Below are positions 17,831 through 27,127 of a DNA stretch of 62,116 nucleotides, one piece after another (the stretch's first letter is position 1; each line of letters begins with the position of its first letter). Origin of the DNA: a virus (taxonomy: Duplodnaviria; Caudoviricetes); IMG/VR virus record IMGVR_UViG_3300021420_000004, positions 1 through 62,116 of that record. One strand, 5' to 3'. The translations under genes and the position numbers were made by a program. The notes under the pieces are model-generated. The model did not search any database. It saw only the letters and a list, made by a program, of their open reading frames with translations, and was not told the origin of the DNA.

Positions 17831-18207
17831 TCGGTAACGCCTACCACGACGCCTTCGTAGGACCGCTAGTATGGGGAGTTAGGAGAGAGAGAGAGAGAGT
17901 AATGGATGCTAATAGCCCACGGTCGAGAATCGTCTTTCCCGAGCGCACCCGGACCAAGATCCACGCCCGCTGGCTGGAATGGTCAGCGGCCTTGAAGATC
18001 GAGCAGCAGGCGCGACCCTCCCATCTGTGCTTCGACGAGACTTGGCACCAGGGATGGCTTATCGACCTTCTTCGCCGGGGAGTGGAGATGCGCGTGGTGC
18101 GGCGGCTGGAACTGGACGACCCGCGCAAGCCGCTGACGGAGTTGCATCGGCGGGTGACTAAGTATTTAATGAGGAAGGATAATCGACATGTTAGTAACCA
18201 GCAATGA
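17827..18207 (+). CDS. hypothetical protein containing a (GA)8 tract
   Basis: Coupled ORF; dinucleotide run at 17883-17899. Confidence 0.55.
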   Translation: MIGNAYHDAFVGPLVWGVRRERERVMDANSPRSRIVFPERTRTKIHARWLEWSAALKIEQQARPSHLCFDETWHQGWLIDLLRRGVEMRVVRRLELDDPRKPLTELHRRVTKYLMRKDNRHVSNQQ

Positions 18208-18511
18208 GAATCGCTTGCTATGGGCGTTAAGAGATATGGTAGCGCAGCATTGCAGTTGCGTGGACCCACAGGGATTGCGGAACAAGGTGCTCGACACGGA
18301 ACTGGTATTCGATTCTGGTTACATTCGATGCAACCGGACAGCAATGGAAATCCTCGTCGAGCATGGCCATATGGAGTTGGTGAGCGCGGACGATGGTGGA
18401 GGCCGCTGGTACCGCGCCAAGATGATATCTCCTGGCAATACTCCGAACGCTTTTGGAAGAGATATTACGGATATAAAGGAGACCGCACAATGCCAGCACG
18501 CCAAGAGCTAG
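18188..18511 (+). CDS. hypothetical protein
   Basis: AAGGA SD; operon context. Confidence 0.55.
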   Translation: MLVTSNENRLLWALRDMVAQHCSCVDPQGLRNKVLDTELVFDSGYIRCNRTAMEILVEHGHMELVSADDGGGRWYRAKMISPGNTPNAFGRDITDIKETAQCQHAKS

Positions 18512-19131
18512 TAGCGAACCGTCCACTCCGAGGTGATGAGTTGGCGAAGATCATCCTCGCCGATGTCACCGACATCCTCGCCCGCGATTGCATGATGACT
18601 TCCCGCGTGGCCTACGGTCGCATCGCCTACGAGATCAAAGTCGTCCTGCACATGGACAACCCGGCGTTCAAGGAATCGGAGACGGTGATCCGCGCTAAGG
18701 CTCCGTCGGATAACATGGTCGAGGCGCGACCGGAGCTGGCGGCTATCGAGGGTGGGCCACCCTTGGCGAAGCCTTGGTCCTCCACTTGCGCCAACTGCGA
18801 CCGCCCTGAGTCCGAGCACGACGGCGACGAGAAGCTATGCCGCGTCAACGCTGGAGAACTCATCACCCGCTGGGAGCCCTCCACCAACTCCTACGTCTCC
18901 GCCACTCAGCGTGACCGCACCATCGACTCCCCCAACGTCGCCCGGATCGAACATGGACTCCCGATCACCGTCATCCGCCAAGGCCACGATACTGGCGGGA
19001 ACGCGATGTCGGTCGAGGAAGGCGTGCTCTATCCGCCCGAGACCGTACAGGATGTCTCGGTGCCGCCGAAGGATCACGATCTCACCCGGCAGGTGAAGCA
19101 GGCGTTCACGGATGGGAGCAATCTTCTGTGA
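18490..19131 (+). CDS. hypothetical protein
   Basis: AAGGAG SD before MPARQELV. Confidence 0.7.
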   Translation: MPARQELVANRPLRGDELAKIILADVTDILARDCMMTSRVAYGRIAYEIKVVLHMDNPAFKESETVIRAKAPSDNMVEARPELAAIEGGPPLAKPWSSTCANCDRPESEHDGDEKLCRVNAGELITRWEPSTNSYVSATQRDRTIDSPNVARIEHGLPITVIRQGHDTGGNAMSVEEGVLYPPETVQDVSVPPKDHDLTRQVKQAFTDGSNLL

Positions 19132-19340
19132 CCGTCGAGGAGATCAGGAAGTTATTGCCTGAGGCGGAAGTATTCGCGCTCTCTCCCGAATTCAATTACA
19201 TCATCACCTTCGATATGAACCTTGTGCAGCGAGAGACTATGAAGGCGGTTGGAGAGTCGTTATATAAACAAGGTATATGGGCCGCGCTGGTGGGAGTATG
19301 CGGTCCTGATGCGATCAACGTGTTCAGGGTGCCACAGTGA
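19128..19340 (+). CDS. hypothetical protein
   Basis: GTGA coupling. Confidence 0.6.
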   Translation: MTVEEIRKLLPEAEVFALSPEFNYIITFDMNLVQRETMKAVGESLYKQGIWAALVGVCGPDAINVFRVPQ

Positions 19341-19567
19341 TCTTGGCGTGGCAAGTCGCAAGGGGAGTCGCGTGGCTGAAGAAACTAGTCAGCGCGTCCG
19401 AGTCCATCGCGGGCTCTCTTGAGGAACTGGTCAAGATCGAACGCGAACGCACCCCCGCCCGTCGTACAATCAAGAAGGCGGAGATCACCGTGGCCGATCC
19501 TCAGGAATGGAACCAGTCGTGGCGCGAGGCGCATCCGCAGCTGGACGCGGAGGAAGGAGAGTTATGA
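19337..19567 (+). CDS. hypothetical protein
   Basis: GTGA coupling. Confidence 0.6.
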   Translation: MILAWQVARGVAWLKKLVSASESIAGSLEELVKIERERTPARRTIKKAEITVADPQEWNQSWREAHPQLDAEEGEL

Positions 19568-19824
19568 TCCGATTTATACTGATCGGAAATCAGATCGACG
19601 ATGACGATGAGCAGCCGGGGCACCACTTCGCATTCTTCAACACCGTCAACGACCTATTCATTACGCTCGACAACGAGCAGGTGTGGCAGACGTGGGAAGA
19701 GTTTGAACACTCGTGGCGAGAAGAATACGCGGAAGGAAACTACGACCTTCCTGTTGTGTGGCCGCTTGAGCGTTTCAAGGGACTATGCAGTCATTACGTC
19801 AGCGTCCGAAAGGTGGCGTCCTGA
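19564..19824 (+). CDS. hypothetical acidic/aromatic protein
   Basis: AAGGAG SD before MIRFILIG. Confidence 0.6.
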   Translation: MIRFILIGNQIDDDDEQPGHHFAFFNTVNDLFITLDNEQVWQTWEEFEHSWREEYAEGNYDLPVVWPLERFKGLCSHYVSVRKVAS

Positions 19825-20579
19825 TGCCCCACGTTCCTCCTCCCATCGGCGCTCACCCCTCCCGCCGCCTCATCACCGCGCAGGAGATCGCTGCCTACAA
19901 GGAACTCGGCGTGCGTCCTATCGACGTTCTCGAATGCGTCCGCATCACTCCGTTCCTGAACGACTTCGGCGGTCGCGCCCGATGCCTCGCCTACCTCCGC
20001 GCCTCCGACTCGCGCCTCGCCCGACGGTTCATCGAGTGCTACGATAACTTCAAGCTGTCCTATTTCGTTCGCTATCGCTTGCCGCTCGAAGCGTTCTGCA
20101 TCAAGGCCGGTATCAACCCGCTCGAACTCCTGAAGGAGATCGGCGCATCCGCGCGGGCGATCTACCAGATTCAGGCGTCGATGGCTGCGGCGGAAGCTCA
20201 CCCGGCCATCGTCGGGAAGTCCATCGAACTCGCCAAGGAAGGCGACGTGGATCACACGACCCTTCAGATGAAGCACATGGCGTTCCTCCCGCTGCCGAAA
20301 GGCTCCCAGGTCCAAGTGAACGTGAACGCCTCTGCCAACGCCGCGTCCTCCGCGCAATCCACTACCGTGGCCGCGCCCGCGCCAGAGAACACAATCCGTG
20401 GCCTCGTCAATCGCTTCAACCTCCCGGCGAAGACCCAAGCGATCCTCGCGGGAGAATCCGCCGGAGAGACGATCCCCGCGATCATGCCGGGGGATTCCCG
20501 GGAGCTGACAACCATTGACGCCGACGACTCCGAGGAGGACGACTCATTTACTGTTCAAGACATGTCGAGCGACGAATAG
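19824..20579 (+). CDS. putative terminase small subunit
   Basis: Immediately upstream of and overlapping TerL; helical core, QVQVNVN strand, acidic tail. Confidence 0.5.
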   Translation: MPHVPPPIGAHPSRRLITAQEIAAYKELGVRPIDVLECVRITPFLNDFGGRARCLAYLRASDSRLARRFIECYDNFKLSYFVRYRLPLEAFCIKAGINPLELLKEIGASARAIYQIQASMAAAEAHPAIVGKSIELAKEGDVDHTTLQMKHMAFLPLPKGSQVQVNVNASANAASSAQSTTVAAPAPENTIRGLVNRFNLPAKTQAILAGESAGETIPAIMPGDSRELTTIDADDSEEDDSFTVQDMSSDE

Positions 20580-22804
20580 CCCTCGCCGAATCCCTCCAGC
20601 GCGACCTCGGCAATCCCATCCGCCTCCAGCATCATGAGGTCTGGGAGGTGGACGAGTTTGAGGCTCGCCTGCGTCTGGGGAAGAAATACGTCATGGGTCC
20701 TTCGGGACTCCCCATCGCCACCCAGAATCTCTCCCATGAGGAAGCGCAGTGGATGCTCAACGAGCAGCTTCTCGTCATGTCGGACCACGCCTATGCGATC
20801 ACCCGCTACGGCTATGTGACCGACGAGGAAGGCGTCATCAAGCGGTTCACCTTTCGCCTTGCCCAACTCCTCCTATTCAACGTGATCTCCGACCTCGAAG
20901 ATTTGGACGCCGCTATCGAGATCATGATCCTGAAGGCGCGGCAGCTCGGCATGACTACCGTCGTCGAACTCCTAATTATGTTCCGCATCATCTTCTCGAA
21001 CGGCGTCAACGCCATCATCGCTTCCGCCGACCGTCAGAAATCGAAGATGATGGGGAAGAAACTGCTGATGGGCTACGACATGCTTCCCATATGGCTGCGG
21101 CCCCAGTACACCTCGCGCGTGGAGACGGAAAATGGAGAACTCACCTTTGGACAACTTAACTCAGGTGTATATGTCCAGCACGGCAACCAAATGTCTGGCA
21201 TCGCTCGTGGCTCAACTCCAACGCTGTATCACCTCTCCGAGTGTGCGTCTTTCACCAACGCAAAAGAACAAATTGAAGCATCATTGTTTAAGGCTGTCCA
21301 CGCATCTCCGTCGATATTTGGAATACTCGAATCGACTGGAGAGGGAGATGAAGGCTGGTGGGCCGAAACCTGGCACTACTCAAAAGCGAACTGGGCCTCG
21401 CGCACCTGCCGCCTCTGCCCGATCTTCTTCCCGTGGGTGATCGGCAGGGATCTCTATCCGAAACCCGCGTGGCTAAAAATGCGCCCGGTGCCGGAAGCCT
21501 TCTACGAGCACCGCCTCCCCGACACCCAAGAGCACGTCGCCCGCGTCGAAGCCTACATCGCTAACACTCCTCTCCTCCGTAAGCAACTCGGTCCCAACTG
21601 GAGGATGCCTATCGAGCAGCAATGGTTCTGGGAGGTCGGCCACGAGGAGCACAAAGCGAAAGGCATGGAGGGCATCTGGTTTCAGGAGATGGCCGGAGAC
21701 GACATCGAAGCTTTGCAGCGGTCGCAGGAATCCGTCTTCGGCCATGACGTGATGATCGAAGTGGAGAACGCGGCGATCCCCACCTTTCAAGCGTTCGGCC
21801 TCACCGGACAATCCATTGAGGACCACCACGAACCGCCGCCGGAGGACATCGACTATGGCACTCCAGACAAGCCACGAATGCGTGAAGTGGTTACTTACAA
21901 TTCCAACCGAGGTGACGCGTACCGATGGGAGTTGCTGCCCCTCCATCATGATATGCAATTTGTCGAATCCCTCAAGACCAAGCCGGATGCTTTCAGGGAG
22001 TATGCGAATGGCAAGCTCATGGTGTTCTGTCCTCCCAGCCCTGGTATTGACTACAGCATCGGGGTTGACACATCTAATGGCATGGGCGAAGATTCGACGG
22101 TCATTTGTGTTACGGCACCCGCCTCCCGCCGAGGTCAGCCTGATATTCAGGTCGCGGAATTCCGATCCGCCTACGTCTCCCACGTAGAAGCCTACGCCTT
22201 CATCATGTGCATCGCGGCCTACTACTCCAAGTTCATGGAAGACTCCACTCCCCACCGCAATCCCCTCGTCGGCGTCGAGCAAATCGCCTCGGTCGGCGAC
22301 GTGGCCCAAGTCCAGATGCGTAAAATGGGCTACACGCGATTCCCCTCGTTCATTCGCTACGACGGCAAGGACTTGAAGAAGCAGAAATCCCGTAAGATCG
22401 GCTGGTACACGAACGTCTGGTCGCGCCCGATCCTCGTTGACTCCTTTGTTCACTCCGTCCAGAACGGCTGGTACGTCATCAACTCCCCATGGCTTATCGA
22501 CGAATGTAAACACTTCGAGGTCCACTACACCGCGTCCGGCAAGGAGAAGAAGGAGCATGAGGAAGGCGAGCATGACGACGGACTATTCGCCGCCGCCATT
22601 TCCGAGATCATCGTCAACGATCTCAAGTCGATGACCGAGCGCTCGAAGAAGCGCTTCGGCGCGGCGGAGAACCAAGCCCTTCCGCCGATCAACGTGGAAC
22701 CATACAAGGGCCAGACATTCTCTACGAAACCCAGCGGAAGTCGTGATATAACTATGAGTGAAATTATCTACTCCTCGACGGCGGAGTTGGACCGATGGCG
22801 CTAA
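20546..22804 (+). CDS. terL: terminase large subunit (probable ATT start at 20546; ORF track uses GTG 20648)
   Basis: ILKARQLGMTT Walker A, YHLSE Walker B, EST coupling motif, IGVDTSNG and HDDGLFA nuclease motifs. Confidence 0.93.
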   Translation: MYCSRHVERRIALAESLQRDLGNPIRLQHHEVWEVDEFEARLRLGKKYVMGPSGLPIATQNLSHEEAQWMLNEQLLVMSDHAYAITRYGYVTDEEGVIKRFTFRLAQLLLFNVISDLEDLDAAIEIMILKARQLGMTTVVELLIMFRIIFSNGVNAIIASADRQKSKMMGKKLLMGYDMLPIWLRPQYTSRVETENGELTFGQLNSGVYVQHGNQMSGIARGSTPTLYHLSECASFTNAKEQIEASLFKAVHASPSIFGILESTGEGDEGWWAETWHYSKANWASRTCRLCPIFFPWVIGRDLYPKPAWLKMRPVPEAFYEHRLPDTQEHVARVEAYIANTPLLRKQLGPNWRMPIEQQWFWEVGHEEHKAKGMEGIWFQEMAGDDIEALQRSQESVFGHDVMIEVENAAIPTFQAFGLTGQSIEDHHEPPPEDIDYGTPDKPRMREVVTYNSNRGDAYRWELLPLHHDMQFVESLKTKPDAFREYANGKLMVFCPPSPGIDYSIGVDTSNGMGEDSTVICVTAPASRRGQPDIQVAEFRSAYVSHVEAYAFIMCIAAYYSKFMEDSTPHRNPLVGVEQIASVGDVAQVQMRKMGYTRFPSFIRYDGKDLKKQKSRKIGWYTNVWSRPILVDSFVHSVQNGWYVINSPWLIDECKHFEVHYTASGKEKKEHEEGEHDDGLFAAAISEIIVNDLKSMTERSKKRFGAAENQALPPINVEPYKGQTFSTKPSGSRDITMSEIIYSSTAELDRWR

Positions 22805-22913
22805 AGCCCAAACTGAATAAGATTAAACCTTCACGATGGGCCAAGTTACAGTTCGACGCCCTATGGGATAAGAAATTTATTGATTACTTACGTAAGCGTA
22901 AAAAGGTTGGCTA

Positions 22914-23342
22914 GTGATGGCGATTCACCTCTATTATTTCGAGTCCCCTTCCGGCGATGTCCAGCTTCCCCCGAATGATGAATGCTACTTTACTCTTTGT
23001 CCTGCTGGTTATGAACGCCGTGAGGCCAACACTCTTTCGGAAGTGGACTGCTTGCAGAAGAAATTACAGGAGCAGACCTACCGCTCGCAGCACGCGGCGT
23101 GGGAACACGACGACGCCACCTTCGCCGCCGCCCGCAAATCCGTCATCGACTCCCTCCATCAACGGCTGGCATCATCCGTGACCACTGAATACGAGCGCGA
23201 GTTCATCCGAGCGTACATCCAGTTGCGTGAGGAGAAGCGAGCGAAGTACCGCCAGCGGTTCGTCTGTGATCGCGCTTACTTGGAGTTGAGAGAGAACGAC
23301 CGCCCGCGCAATCCCGAGGAGACGCTAGGAGAGTCGCTATGA
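22914..23342 (+). CDS. hypothetical protein
   Basis: 142-aa ORF between TerL and portal. Confidence 0.7.
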   Translation: MMAIHLYYFESPSGDVQLPPNDECYFTLCPAGYERREANTLSEVDCLQKKLQEQTYRSQHAAWEHDDATFAAARKSVIDSLHQRLASSVTTEYEREFIRAYIQLREEKRAKYRQRFVCDRAYLELRENDRPRNPEETLGESL

Positions 23343-23545
23343 GGTTATGCTGTGTCAATTCTGATCTCTCTGTCGCTAATCTGGAACTTCTAGAAGCTCC
23401 TCCCCACCTCGAAATCAGTGAATGGTTATCTAATCCAAACATACCCGGAATCGTTACTGGCAAGCGTATTCGCATTCTTGAGCGCCTTACGGGAGTAACT
23501 GATCCCGTGAATGGAATCGTGTTCTACCAAGAGGTTCAACGCTGA
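23339..23545 (+). CDS. hypothetical protein
   Basis: Coupled on both sides. Confidence 0.5.
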   Translation: MRLCCVNSDLSVANLELLEAPPHLEISEWLSNPNIPGIVTGKRIRILERLTGVTDPVNGIVFYQEVQR

Positions 23546-25653
23546 TGGCCTTCTCCGACGATCGAGTATCGCAGGACAACTACCGCCAGTGGCAGGCCCC
23601 GCCCGCCGCCTCCAAGGAAGACACGAAGCTCGGATGGCTCCAAGAATGCCAGGAGACCGGCCTCTCATGGCTCAAGTCCCAGCGCGGCTCCTCCGACTGG
23701 CGCAAAGCCCTCGACGTGATATCCGGCAAGCTGATGTCGGCGGACATCCCGCAGTACCGCTCGCAGCTCAACACCAACCACCTGAAGCGCAACATCCGCG
23801 AGATCGTCGGAGTGCTCTCGAAACTCCGCCCGCTGTGGGGATACTCCTCGGACAATCCCGCCTACGCGAAATCCGCTAACCAGTTCAACCTTCTGATCCG
23901 CGCTCTCTTCCTTGAGAACGACTGGGACCGTGCGATCAAGGAAGCCTTGCAATACTGCGCGGCGACTTGTACCGGATGGATTCGACCGACCTACACGCGA
24001 GACTTGGTAAGCGGCGAAGGCTCGATCCAGTTATTCAGTTATGGAGCGCCCTGCGTGCTCCCGACGCAACTCCCTCCGTCCGGCAACTTTCAGAAAGCCT
24101 ACGCCATGACGCTCCTCGACGAGCAGCCGATCTACATGGCGCACGCCCTCTTCCCGCTTTACCAGCATCGTCTCCAGCCGACCTCCTCTGTCTATTGGTA
24201 CTCGAACGAAATCCGCAAATCGGCGCAGGGGAACATCTGGAAGCGCATCTTCGGCCAATCGACCACCTCCGGCCCGACCAACCTTCCCGATCTGATGATC
24301 CCGATCCGCTACACTACCGTCTGCGATCTCAGCCGGAACACCACGGGGACGAACCAGAAAACCGCTACGATGATCCCGATGGGCGAGCCGGGGTCCACTT
24401 GGTATTACGAAGTCCCCTACATCGGCCAGCGATGGCCCTCCGGCCACGGCAGGGATCGTGAAGGCAATCCCATCGCGGATGAAAACGACGCTCGACTCTA
24501 TCCCTACCGCCGACTCCTTATCAGTAGCGAAACTTGCTGCATGTACGACGGCACCGCGTTCTGGTGGCACGGGCGTTCCGACCTGATCCCCTTCTCAACC
24601 GACCACTGGCCGTGGGAGCCGCTGGGATTCTCGATGGTCCGCGACGGGTACGATCTTCAACAGACGATCACGGAGCAGGAACGCGGGATGGCGGACAAGA
24701 AGCGGGTGCAACTCGATTCCCCGCTTGCCTACGATATCAATTCCGTCTCCTCTCGCGAGGCCAAGGCGTTCGACCCCATGCAGCCCCGCGCCCGCATCGG
24801 ATTCGACGGGTCGCAAGTTGACAAACCCTTCTCCTCGCCCATCGACCCGAACGTCATCAAGCTCGACGCCACGGACTTTACTTGGCTCGAATACCTTGCG
24901 AACTCAATGGACTCCCAGCACGCGATCAAGGATGCGATGGCCCTCGCGCAGGCACGTATGGCGGGATCGGACTTAGAGAAATTGCTGGAAGCTACCGGCC
25001 CGATCATCGAAGATATGTCCCGCTCGATGGAGCCTCCGATCCGCGAGATCGCGGAGCAGGTTAAATTTCTCACCATGCAATTCCTCCCGACCGCTCGCGT
25101 GATGCAATACGTCGGCTCGGATAACATCACCTTGGAGAACTTCGACTATGATCCCGCGTCCCTTGTCCCGTCGCACATGCCGGGAGAGAATCCGGGGACG
25201 GCGGAGCAGCCGATTAAATCCGCTTATAATCAGATCCAGCGTTCGCGGATGTTCGCTTCTAATCTTCGCTATGTAACGACGCCGCGCTCGGTGCATGAGA
25301 TCACTCAACTAAAGATGCAGCTAGGATTGATACAGCTTAAAAAAGTGGGAGTGAAGATCGACTCGCAAACCATCGCCGACTCGTGGGGCATCCCGAACTA
25401 CGGCATCATCCCCGGATCGACCGTCATGGAGAAGGCCGCACATGAACAAGAGCAGGACCTTGTGTTCGCGGCTCGTATGAAGGAGATCGGAGTGGACCTC
25501 GCACAGGGATCGCAACCGGGAGCACCGGCTCCGGGAAAGTCCGGCCCAGAAGGTCGTCCTCCGTCGGGCAACGCCGCGCCCGCGTTGAAACAGCGCACCG
25601 ACGGCTCATCCACGATCACCCAATCCGAAGGCGGAGGCACCCAAGTCCAGTGA
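23545..25653 (+). CDS. portal protein (putative)
   Basis: 702 aa; lies between TerL and head genes; helical with a low-complexity C-terminus. Confidence 0.8.
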   Translation: MAFSDDRVSQDNYRQWQAPPAASKEDTKLGWLQECQETGLSWLKSQRGSSDWRKALDVISGKLMSADIPQYRSQLNTNHLKRNIREIVGVLSKLRPLWGYSSDNPAYAKSANQFNLLIRALFLENDWDRAIKEALQYCAATCTGWIRPTYTRDLVSGEGSIQLFSYGAPCVLPTQLPPSGNFQKAYAMTLLDEQPIYMAHALFPLYQHRLQPTSSVYWYSNEIRKSAQGNIWKRIFGQSTTSGPTNLPDLMIPIRYTTVCDLSRNTTGTNQKTATMIPMGEPGSTWYYEVPYIGQRWPSGHGRDREGNPIADENDARLYPYRRLLISSETCCMYDGTAFWWHGRSDLIPFSTDHWPWEPLGFSMVRDGYDLQQTITEQERGMADKKRVQLDSPLAYDINSVSSREAKAFDPMQPRARIGFDGSQVDKPFSSPIDPNVIKLDATDFTWLEYLANSMDSQHAIKDAMALAQARMAGSDLEKLLEATGPIIEDMSRSMEPPIREIAEQVKFLTMQFLPTARVMQYVGSDNITLENFDYDPASLVPSHMPGENPGTAEQPIKSAYNQIQRSRMFASNLRYVTTPRSVHEITQLKMQLGLIQLKKVGVKIDSQTIADSWGIPNYGIIPGSTVMEKAAHEQEQDLVFAARMKEIGVDLAQGSQPGAPAPGKSGPEGRPPSGNAAPALKQRTDGSSTITQSEGGGTQVQ

Positions 25654-25862
25654 GCACAACCGCGATCAAACCCATCGACCAGCATCTCATCCTCCGCAAG
25701 CGCACGTTCGCGGTTACTGCGCGTGATATCACTCTCGATGTAGTCGGCGCGGTACTGGCGATGCTCCGATCCGAGCACGCGACTGGATGCCTCCACATCG
25801 ACCTCTCTCAAGGAGCGCCGTCTTCGATACGATTCGAGGAGACGGCTAAGCTGACTTCGTAA
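25650..25862 (+). CDS. hypothetical protein
   Basis: GGAGG SD; GTGA coupling; TGCLHIDLSQG. Confidence 0.6.
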   Translation: MSTTAIKPIDQHLILRKRTFAVTARDITLDVVGAVLAMLRSEHATGCLHIDLSQGAPSSIRFEETAKLTS

Positions 25863-25869
25863 ATAATTG

Positions 25870-25899
25870 TTGACATCGTAGTCGCGCCTGTGCTCCACT
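25870..25899 (+). promoter_or_regulatory. candidate promoter for head genes
   Basis: TTGACA at 25870 after an AT-rich tract; weak -10 (TGc-TCCACT). Confidence 0.45.
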
Positions 25900-25941
25900 C
25901 AACCTTGACGAGATTCTAAGGCCGTCATCGAGACGCAGCCG

Positions 25942-25979
25942 AAGGCTCCGAGCTTAACCGCTCGGGGCTTTTTTATTTT
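25942..25979 (+). terminator. intrinsic terminator
   Basis: GGCTCCGAGC-ttaacc-GCTCGGGGCT then TTTTTATTTT. Confidence 0.85.
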
Positions 25980-26009
25980 GCGTACAAACTTAGAAAGGAG
26001 GGACATCAC

Positions 26010-26072
26010 ATGGAAACCAGTTTTGGTCCGGTCGCAAACCGCAAGAAAGGACGTAAGGGCCACAAGAAATAA
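26010..26072 (+). CDS. 20-aa basic micropeptide
   Basis: AAAGGAGG SD then METSFGPVANRKKGRKGHKK*. Confidence 0.6.
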   Translation: METSFGPVANRKKGRKGHKK

Positions 26073-26188
26073 CCGTCCCCGACCCGGAAACGAGTGGCCT
26101 GACAACCGCTCTCCGAGTTCGGATCAACCGAGGTAAGGGACGGCGCGGCCTCCGCCCACCGTCCCCTCTTTCACCAAGGAGATTGCAG

Positions 26189-26392
26189 ATGGCATACGGA
26201 CGATCAACCGGCGCACGCATGGGCGGCAAGGGTGGACACGGATTCTCCCTCAAGACCGACATGTCTGACTCTGGTATGTCACGGACCAAGATGGGCCAGA
26301 AGAAGCCCTTTGGCAAATCCGGCGGCTCTGGAGTTCGCGGTTCTCAAATGGGCAAGGGCAAGGCGCGGAAGCAAGCGCGGGCGAAGGTTTAG
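26189..26392 (+). CDS. small Gly/Lys-rich basic protein (possible DNA-condensing core protein)
   Basis: AAGGAG SD; composition. Confidence 0.6.
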   Translation: MAYGRSTGARMGGKGGHGFSLKTDMSDSGMSRTKMGQKKPFGKSGGSGVRGSQMGKGKARKQARAKV

Positions 26393-26396
26393 CTCG

Positions 26397-26678
26397 ATGG
26401 CCGCAGCCTCACCCACGATGCCACCGCCTCCGAGCGGACCGACGGCTCCGACTTCCCCCGTCGCGGCATCACCCTCGGCTCCCACTCCGAACCCCAAGCT
26501 CGAACAGGGATCGAAGATGGTGATCCAAGTCGTACAAGGATTACGTTCCATCGCGCAACAGTTCCCGGCGGCAGCGAAGCCGATCTCGGAGATCAACCAA
26601 CTGATGCGTGAGGTTCAAATGGCAATGATGAAGGGATCGCAACCATCGGAACCAGCGGCCCCTCCCGTGAACGGATAA
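26397..26678 (+). CDS. Pro-rich hypothetical head-associated protein
   Basis: MAAASPTMPPPP...LRSIAQQFP. Confidence 0.65.
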   Translation: MAAASPTMPPPPSGPTAPTSPVAASPSAPTPNPKLEQGSKMVIQVVQGLRSIAQQFPAAAKPISEINQLMREVQMAMMKGSQPSEPAAPPVNG

Positions 26679-26689
26679 GGAGAATTTAT

Positions 26690-27079
26690 ATGTCACAGCC
26701 AACCACAGTGCAATCATTAGTAACCGCGAACGCCGGAACCTCGGCCTCCGACCTTCAGCCGTTGCTCTCGAACGACGCATTCTGTTCTGCCGCGAACGCC
26801 GAACTCGCTATCCTCGACCGCACCATCGCCGCGACATCTGCGCTGAATGACAAGACGGAGAATCTTACCGCCGGGATTCAGACCTTCGCCGGAGCGATGG
26901 GACATTTGCGGGCGATCTCGAAGCGCTTCCCTGAGACTTCCACCTTCATCGCCGAGGCGGTCAAGCAGGTGCAGCTTGCGATGGGCGTGGTCAAGGGGAA
27001 TGTGCCTGCGACCCGCGCTGGCGTTGAAGTGCCAGCGGCATCATCGACTTTGGCTCCGCGTCCTATCGTACTGAAGTAG
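26690..27079 (+). CDS. hypothetical head-associated protein, similar to the upstream gene
   Basis: AAGGAG SD; LRAISKRFP..QVQLAM. Confidence 0.65.
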   Translation: MSQPTTVQSLVTANAGTSASDLQPLLSNDAFCSAANAELAILDRTIAATSALNDKTENLTAGIQTFAGAMGHLRAISKRFPETSTFIAEAVKQVQLAMGVVKGNVPATRAGVEVPAASSTLAPRPIVLK

Positions 27080-27127
27080 GCAGGAGCCATGATTAAGATT
27101 TGTATCATTATTGAAGGAGAGCCTGAT

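Noticed and set aside
21473-22573. Long antisense ORFs (also 43485-44384, 29039-29677, 32740-33432)
   Set aside because: Shadow frames of high-GC genes, with no motifs or SD
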